In this document: positions 58,952 through 64,000 of the stretch, one piece after another
Numbering within the stretch: the stretch's first letter is position 1
Layout of the letters: each line of letters begins with the position of its first letter
Source: Eledone cirrhosa
Lineage: Eukaryota
Assembly: GCA_964016885.1 (NCBI GenBank)
Contig: OZ024741.1
Coordinates: forward strand, 398,226,001-398,290,000
Direction of reading: 5' to 3'
Length of the DNA: 64,000 bases
The notes under the pieces: model-generated
The model's database searches: none
What the model saw: only the letters and a program-made list of their open reading frames with translations
What the model was told of the DNA's origin: nothing
Made by a program: the position numbers and the translations under genes

Positions 58952-61900
58952 ATGATTAATATTACATAATGGCAGTGTGTTTCCTTAGCAATACTGGAAC
59001 AAAAGGGTTAATATTACAGAATGGCAGTGTGTCCTTAGCAATACTGGAACAAAAGGGTTAATATTACAGAATGGCAGTGTGTTTCCTTAGCAATACTGGG
59101 ACAAAAGGGTTAATATTACAGAATGGCAGTGTCTTTCCTTAGCAATACTGTAAGAAAAGGGTTAATATTACAGAATGACAGTGTGTTTCCTTAGCAATAC
59201 TGGAACAAAAGGGTTAATATTACAGAATGACAGTGTGTCTCCTTAGCAATACTGGAACAAAAGGGTTAATATTACAAAATGACAGTGTGTCTCCTTAGCA
59301 ATACGGAACAGAAGGGTTAATATTACAGAATGACAGTGTGTCTTCTTAGCAATACTGGAACAAAAGGGTTAATATTACAGAATGACAGTGTGTCTTCTTA
59401 GCAATACTGGAACAAAAGGGTTAATATTACAGAATGACAGTGTGTCTCCTTAGCAATACTGTAACAAAAGGGTTAATATTACAGAATGACAGTGTGTTTC
59501 CTTAGCAATACTGGAACAAAAGGGTTAATATTACAGAATGACAGTGTGTCTCCTTAGCAATACTGGAACGAAAGGGTTAATATTACAGAATGACAGTGTG
59601 TCCCCTTAGCAATACTGGAACAAAAGGGTTAATATTACAGAATGACAGTGTGTTTCCTTAGCAATACTGGAACAAAAGGGTTAATATTACAGAATGACAG
59701 TGTGCCTCCTTAGCAATACTGTAACAAAAGGGTTAATATTACAGAATGACAGTGTGTCTCCTTAGCAATACTGGAACAAAAGGGTTAATATTACAGAATG
59801 ACAGTGTGTCTCCTTAGCAATACTGGAACGAAAGGGTTAATATTACAGAATGGCAGTGTGTATCCTTAGCAATACTGGAACAAAAGGGTTAATATTACAG
59901 AATGGCAGTGTGTTTTTATAGCAATACTAGAACAAAAGGGTTAATATTACAGAATGGCAGTGTGTCTCCTTCGCAATACTGGAACAAAAGGGTTAATATT
60001 ACAGAATGACAGTGTGTCTGCTTAGCAATATGGTAACAAAAGGGTTAATATTACAGAATGACAGTGTGTCTCCTTAGCAATACTGGAACAAAAGGGTTAA
60101 TATTACAGAATGGCAGTGTGTCTCCTTCGCAATACTGGAACAAAAGGGTTAATATTACAGAATGACAGTGTGTCTGCTTAGCAATATGGGAACAAAAGGG
60201 TTAATATTACAGAATGACAGTGTGTCTCCTTAGCAATACTAGAACAAAAGGGTTAATATTACAGAATGACAGTGTGTCTCTTTAACAATACTGGAACAAA
60301 AGGGTTAATATTACAGAATGACAGTGTGTCTCCTTAGCAATACTGGAACAAAAGGGTTGATATTACAGAATGGCAGTGTGTTTCCTTAGCATTACTGGAA
60401 CAAAAGGGTTAATATTACAGAATGACAGTGTGTTTCCTTAGCAATACTGGAACAAAAGGGTTAATATTACAGAATGACAGTGTGTCTCCTTAGCAATACT
60501 GGAACAAAAGGGTTAATATTACAGAATGACAGTGTGTCTCCTTAGCCATACTGGAACAAAAGGGTTAATATTACAGAATGACAGTGTTTCCTTAGCAATA
60601 CTGGAATAAAAGGGTTAATATTACAAAATGACAGTGTGTCTCCTTAGCAATACTGGAACAAAAGGGTTAATATTACAGAATGACAGTGTGTTTCCTTAGT
60701 AATACTAGAACAAAAGCGTTAATATTACAGAATGACAGTGTGTCTCCTTAGCAATACTAGAACAAAAGGGTTAATATTACAGAATGACAGTGTGTCTCTT
60801 TAACAATACTGGAACAAAAGGGTTAATATTACAGAATGACAGTGTGTCTCCTTAGCAATACTAGAACAAAAGGGTTAATATTACATAATGACAGTGTGTC
60901 TCTTTAACAATACTGGAACAAAAGGGTTAATATTACAGAATGACAGTGTGTCTCCTTAGCAATACTAGAACAAAAGGGTTAATATTACAGAATGAAAGTG
61001 TGTCTCCTTAGCAATACTGGAACAAAAGGGTTGATATTACAGAATGACAGTGTGTCTCCTTAGCAATACTAGAACAAAAGGGTTAATATTACAGAATGAC
61101 AGTGTGTCTATTTAACAATACTGGAACAAAAGGGTTAATATTACAGAATGGCAGTGTGTTTTTATAGCAATACTAGAACAAAAGGGTTAATATTACAGAA
61201 TGTCAGTGTGTCTCCTTAGCAATACTGGAACAAAAGGGTTAATATTACAGAATGGCAGTGTGTCTCCTTAGCAATACTGGAACAAAAGGGTTAATATTAC
61301 AGAATGACAGTGTGTCTCCTTAGCAATACTGGAACAAAAGGGTTAATATTACAGAATGACGTTTTGTTTCCTTAGCAATACTGGAACAAAATGATTAATA
61401 TTACATAATGGCAGTGTGTTTCCTTAGCAATACTGGAACAAAAGGGTTAATATTACAGAATGGCAGTGTGTCCTTAGCAATACTGGAACAAAAGGGTAAA
61501 TATTACAGAATGGCAGTGTGTTTCCTTAGCAATACTGGGACAAAAGGGTTAATATTACAGAATGGCAGTGTCTTTCCTTAGCAATACTGTAAGAAAAGGG
61601 TTAATATTACAGAATGACAGTGTGTCTCCTTAGCAATACTAGAACAAAAGGGTTAATATTACAGAATGGCAGTGTGTCTCCTTAGCAATACTGGAACAAA
61701 AGGGTTAATATTACAGAATGTCAGTGTGTCTCCTTAGCAATACTGGAACAAAAGGGTTAATATTACAGAATGGCAGTGTGTTTTTATAGCAATACTAGAA
61801 CAAAAGGGTTAATATTACAGAATGGCAGTGTGTCTCCTTCGCAATACTGGAACAAAAGGGTTAATATTCCAGAATGACAGTGTGTCTGCTTAGCAATATG

Positions 61901-62934
61901 GGAACAAAAGGGTTAATATTACAGAATGACAGTGTGTCTCCTTAGCAATACTGGAACAAAAGGGTTAATATTACAGAATGACAGTGTGTCTCTTTAACAA
62001 TACTGGAACAAAAGGGGTTAATATTACAGAATGACAGTGTGTCTCTTTAACAATACTGGAACAAAAGGGTTAATATTACAGAATGACAGTGTGGCTCCTT
62101 AGCAATACTAGAACAAAAGGGTTAATATTACAGAATGACAGTGTGTCTCTTTAACAATACTGGAACAAAAGGGTTAATATTACAGAATGACAGTGTGTCT
62201 CCTTAGCAATACTAGAACAAAAGGGTTAATATTACAGAATGGCAGTGTGTCTCCTTAGCAATACTGGAACAAAAGGGTTAATATTACAGAATGTCAGTGT
62301 GTCTCCTTAGCAATACTGGAACAAAAGGGTTAATATTACAGAATGGCAGTGTGTTTTTATAGCAATACTAGAACAAAAGGGTTAATATTACAGAATGGCA
62401 GTGTGTCTCCTTCGCAATACTGGAACAAAACGGTTAATATTACAGAATGACAGTGTGGCTGCTTAGCAATATGGGTACAAAAGGGTTAATATTACAGAAT
62501 GACAGTGTGTCTCTTTAACAATACTGGAACAAAAGGGTTAATATTACAGAATGACAGTGTGTCTCCTTAGCATTACTGGAACAAAAGGGTTAATATTACA
62601 GAATGACAGTGTGTTTCCTTAGCAATACTGGAACAAAAGGGTTAATATTACAGAATGGCAGTGTGTTTTTATAGCAATACTAGAACAAAAGGGTTAATAT
62701 TACAGAATGGCAGTGTGTCTCCTTAGCAATACTGGAACAAAAGGGTTAATAGTACAGAATGGCAGTGTGTTTTTATAGCAATACTGTAACAAAAGGGTTA
62801 ATATTACAGAATGGCAGTGTGTCTCCTTAGCAATACTGGAACAAAAGGGTTAATATTACAGAATGGCAGTGTGTTTCCTTAGCAATACTGGAACAAAAGG
62901 GTTAATATTCTTTGTAAAATATCTCATCCATTTT

Positions 62935-63190
62935 ATCATCATCATTATTTAACGTCCATTTTCCATGCTAGCATCGATATATGAGTTGTCCTTTTGTTAG
63001 ACAAGTCAGATCAGATGACCATATCTTGTTCAGTAGGATGTCCTTCCTAATGTCAACCACATTCACTGTGGCACCCTAGCAACCACCTTACAAGTTGAAC
63101 TGGGTACTTTTTCATCATGTCACCAGTACGACCACCTTACAAGGTAGACCGGGTACCTTTTCATAATGTCACCAGTACAACCACCTTATA
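62935..63190 (-). mobile_element. Degenerate SINE-like / non-LTR retroposon remnant with (GAT)n 3' tail
   Basis: The minus strand ends ...ATGCTAGCATGGAAAATGGACGTTAAATAATGATGATGAT (62974-62935), a short-tandem-repeat tail of the kind found on RTE-type retroposons. It also contains GGTTGACATTAGGAAGGACATCC (63058-63036). Both resemble an abundant octopus SINE as I recall it; not database-verified. No pol III head is recognisable. Confidence 0.5.
63080..63188. repeat. 49-bp tandem duplication (~2.2 copies), unrelated to the 52-bp satellite
   Basis: CAACCACCTTACAAGTTGAACTGGGTACTTTTTCATCATGTCACCAGTA (63080-63128), CGACCACCTTACAAGGTAGACCGGGTACCTTTTCATAATGTCACCAGTA (63129-63177), then partial CAACCACCTTA. 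Confidence 0.9.
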
Positions 63191-63219
63191 GGGTGCCATT
63201 TGTTCATGTATATAAAACA

Positions 63220-63221
<2 letters not shown>

Positions 63222-63253
<32 letters not shown>
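63222..63253. repeat. (TA)16 microsatellite
   Basis: Perfect TA dinucleotide run. Confidence 0.97.
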
Positions 63254-63256
<3 letters not shown>

Positions 63257-63339
63257 ATAATAATAAATTTGAAGACTAAAATCCAAAGAGGGCTCGATAA
63301 GGATAAATATATATCAAATATATAAGAACCGTAGAGCAA

Positions 63340-63458
63340 ATATTTATTAAAATAACAGATTAAAGTTTAAGCAAAGAATCGCTGCTTTCTGAAGATCCCG
63401 TTAAGGGTGAAAGCAGCGATTCTTTGCTTAAACTTTAATCTGTTATTTTAATAAATAT
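63340..63458. repeat. Perfect 50-bp inverted repeat with 19-nt spacer
   Basis: Left arm 63340-63389 ATATTTATTAAAATAACAGATTAAAGTTTAAGCAAAGAATCGCTGCTTTC is the exact reverse complement of the right arm 63409-63458. Spacer is TGAAGATCCCGTTAAGGGT. Confidence 0.98.
63386..63432 (+). ncRNA. Type I hammerhead ribozyme-like motif (minimal, probably truncated in stem I)
   Basis: CUGAAGA at 63389-63395. Stem II CCC/GGG with loop GUUAA (closing position U.U rather than G-C). GAAA at 63409-63412. Stem III AGCAG/UUGCU (63412-63416 with 63424-63428). NUH triplet CUU at 63427-63429. Stem I is only UUU/AAA. Confidence 0.6.
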
Positions 63459-63478
63459 ATATATAGAGAGAGAGAGAG
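63456..63478. repeat. Compound (TA)5(GA)6 microsatellite
   Basis: TATATATATAGAGAGAGAGAGAG. Confidence 0.93.
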
Positions 63479-63482
63479 GTAG

Positions 63483-63902
63483 ACCACAAAAGATTTCTCT
63501 CTAAAAATGAAAGGCAGATTGTATGATACCTGTATACGAACAGCAATGCTACATGGCAGTGAGACTTGGGCGTTGTGTGCAGAGGACCTGCGCAGACTGG
63601 AAAGGAATGAAGCATGCATGCACCGTTGGATGTGTAATAGTAATATACGTGAACGGCAAAGCATAAATGAACTAAGTGAGAAATTAGGAATAAGAGGGAT
63701 CAGATGCTGTTTACTTGAGAGAAGACCAAGTTGGTATGGTCACGTGATGCGCATGGAATATGTTAGCTGTATAAAAAAGTGCAGGGCGATCAAAATTGAC
63801 GGAAGTTACGGAGTAGGTAGACCCAGAAAAACCTGGGATGATTTGATAAATTCCTCTCTAAGACAATGTCACTTGACCGAGATCTTTGGCGCCACACAGT
63901 AA
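63483..63902 (+). mobile_element. 5'-truncated RTE-clade LINE fragment (C-terminal, post-RT region of the ORF); degenerate. Includes track ORF 63507..63902
   Basis: The translation has RTE C-terminal motifs KGRLY..CIRTAMLHGSETW, LERNE..M.RWMC, R..WYGHVMR and G...GRPRKTW. The frame extends upstream of the ATG (TTKDFSLK from 63483), so the Met is probably internal. No endonuclease domain or RT YADD core is present. Decay is suggested by RPSW (usually RLRW) and a stop at 63900-63902. Confidence 0.88.
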
Positions 63903-64000
63903 TGCAGAAGACTCGCCTTGCCTATGTACAAAGTGAAACCTACAGTCAGTAGGCACCTCTTAACCAAATATACACCCCCAATCCACTACCCCTACCCTAT

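Larger units (their letters stand above)
1..62909. repeat. 52-bp tandem satellite array, ~1,210 monomers, single orientation, open at the left window edge
   Basis: Directly visible 52-bp period. Consensus TTAGCAATACTGGAACAAAAGGGTTAATATTACAGAATGACAGTGTGTCTCC (19/52 GC, no CpG). The last match ends ...GGGTTAATATT at 62909, followed by unrelated sequence (CTTTGTAAAAT...). I saw no inversions or foreign insertions. Confidence 0.99.
63254..63458. mobile_element. Probable Penelope-like retroelement (PLE) pseudo-LTR fold-back remnant inserted in a microsatellite
   Basis: The segment is bounded on both sides by TA repeats. It contains a perfect 50-bp inverted repeat, a hammerhead core in the spacer and AATAAA at 63450-63455. 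Inverted pseudo-LTRs, hammerhead motifs and microsatellite insertion are known PLE traits. No RT or GIY-YIG coding sequence is present. Confidence 0.6.

Noticed and set aside
1-62909. CRISPR array (conserved ~25-bp part alternating with a more variable part)
   Set aside because: The variable parts are point variants of one sequence, not unique spacers. There are no cas genes or leader, and the flank is eukaryotic (LINE, microsatellites).
1-62909. Repeat-protein coding sequence, or information encoded in monomer order
   Set aside because: 52 is not a multiple of 3, monomers contain TAG/TAA/TGA, and the ORF track finds nothing here. Variant order is explained by nested duplication.
1-62909. 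Self-cleaving (hammerhead-containing) satellite like newt satellite 2 or schistosome Sm-alpha
   Set aside because: The monomer consensus has no CUGANGA core on either strand. The only hammerhead motif I found is in the flank.
1-62909. Telomeric repeat or G-quadruplex array (GGGTTA in each monomer)
   Set aside because: There is only one GGGTTA per 52 bp and it is never tandem. The G-runs are too far apart for a conventional G4.
62990-62998. CCTTTTGTT, an inverted match to the monomer's AACAAAAGG, as a partner TIR
   Set aside because: It is only 9 bp, lacks the TTAA and third C, and lies on the wrong side to close an element, so it is likely chance.
63340-63458. Rho-independent terminator or pre-miRNA
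   Set aside because: The context is eukaryotic. A mismatch-free AT-rich 50-bp stem with a hammerhead core in the loop fits a retroelement fold-back better, and there is no expression evidence.
63443-63664. 73-aa minus-strand ORF
   Set aside because: It is antisense to the LINE fragment and ends in translated microsatellite (LSLSLYIYL), so it is spurious.
63507-63902. 131-aa ORF as a host protein-coding gene
   Set aside because: Its motifs are those of the RTE LINE C-terminus, the frame continues upstream of the ATG, and catalytic domains are missing.
63972-64000. C-rich end (CTACCCCTACCCTAT) as the start of a telomere-like repeat
   Set aside because: It is too short and irregular, and is cut by the window edge.

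Overview
This is eukaryotic, non-genic DNA. Positions 1-62909 (98% of the window) are one uninterrupted head-to-tail satellite of about 1,210 copies of a 52-bp monomer (consensus TTAGCAATACTGGAACAAAAGGGTTAATATTACAGAATGACAGTGTGTCTCC), running off the left edge. Recurrent variant monomers show nested higher-order repeats (HORs): 40/80-mers at ~12-22.5 kb, 28/64-mers at ~22.7-29.4 kb, 84-mers at ~30.8-59 kb, plus duplications at 7,638-bp and 19,436-bp offsets. Each monomer carries a piggyBac-like terminus (minus strand TTAA|CCCTTTTG). The last ~1.1 kb is a transposon-rich flank. It holds a degenerate SINE-like element with a (GAT)n tail, a 49-bp tandem duplication, and a Penelope-like fold-back insertion in a (TA)n/(GA)n microsatellite. 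That insertion has a perfect 50-bp inverted repeat around a hammerhead-ribozyme core (CUGAAGA...GAAA). A 5'-truncated RTE-clade LINE fragment follows. From memory the flank repeats resemble octopus/cephalopod repeats, which I could not verify. There is no intact host gene, CRISPR array or multi-gene system. All spacings were counted by hand from marker variants.
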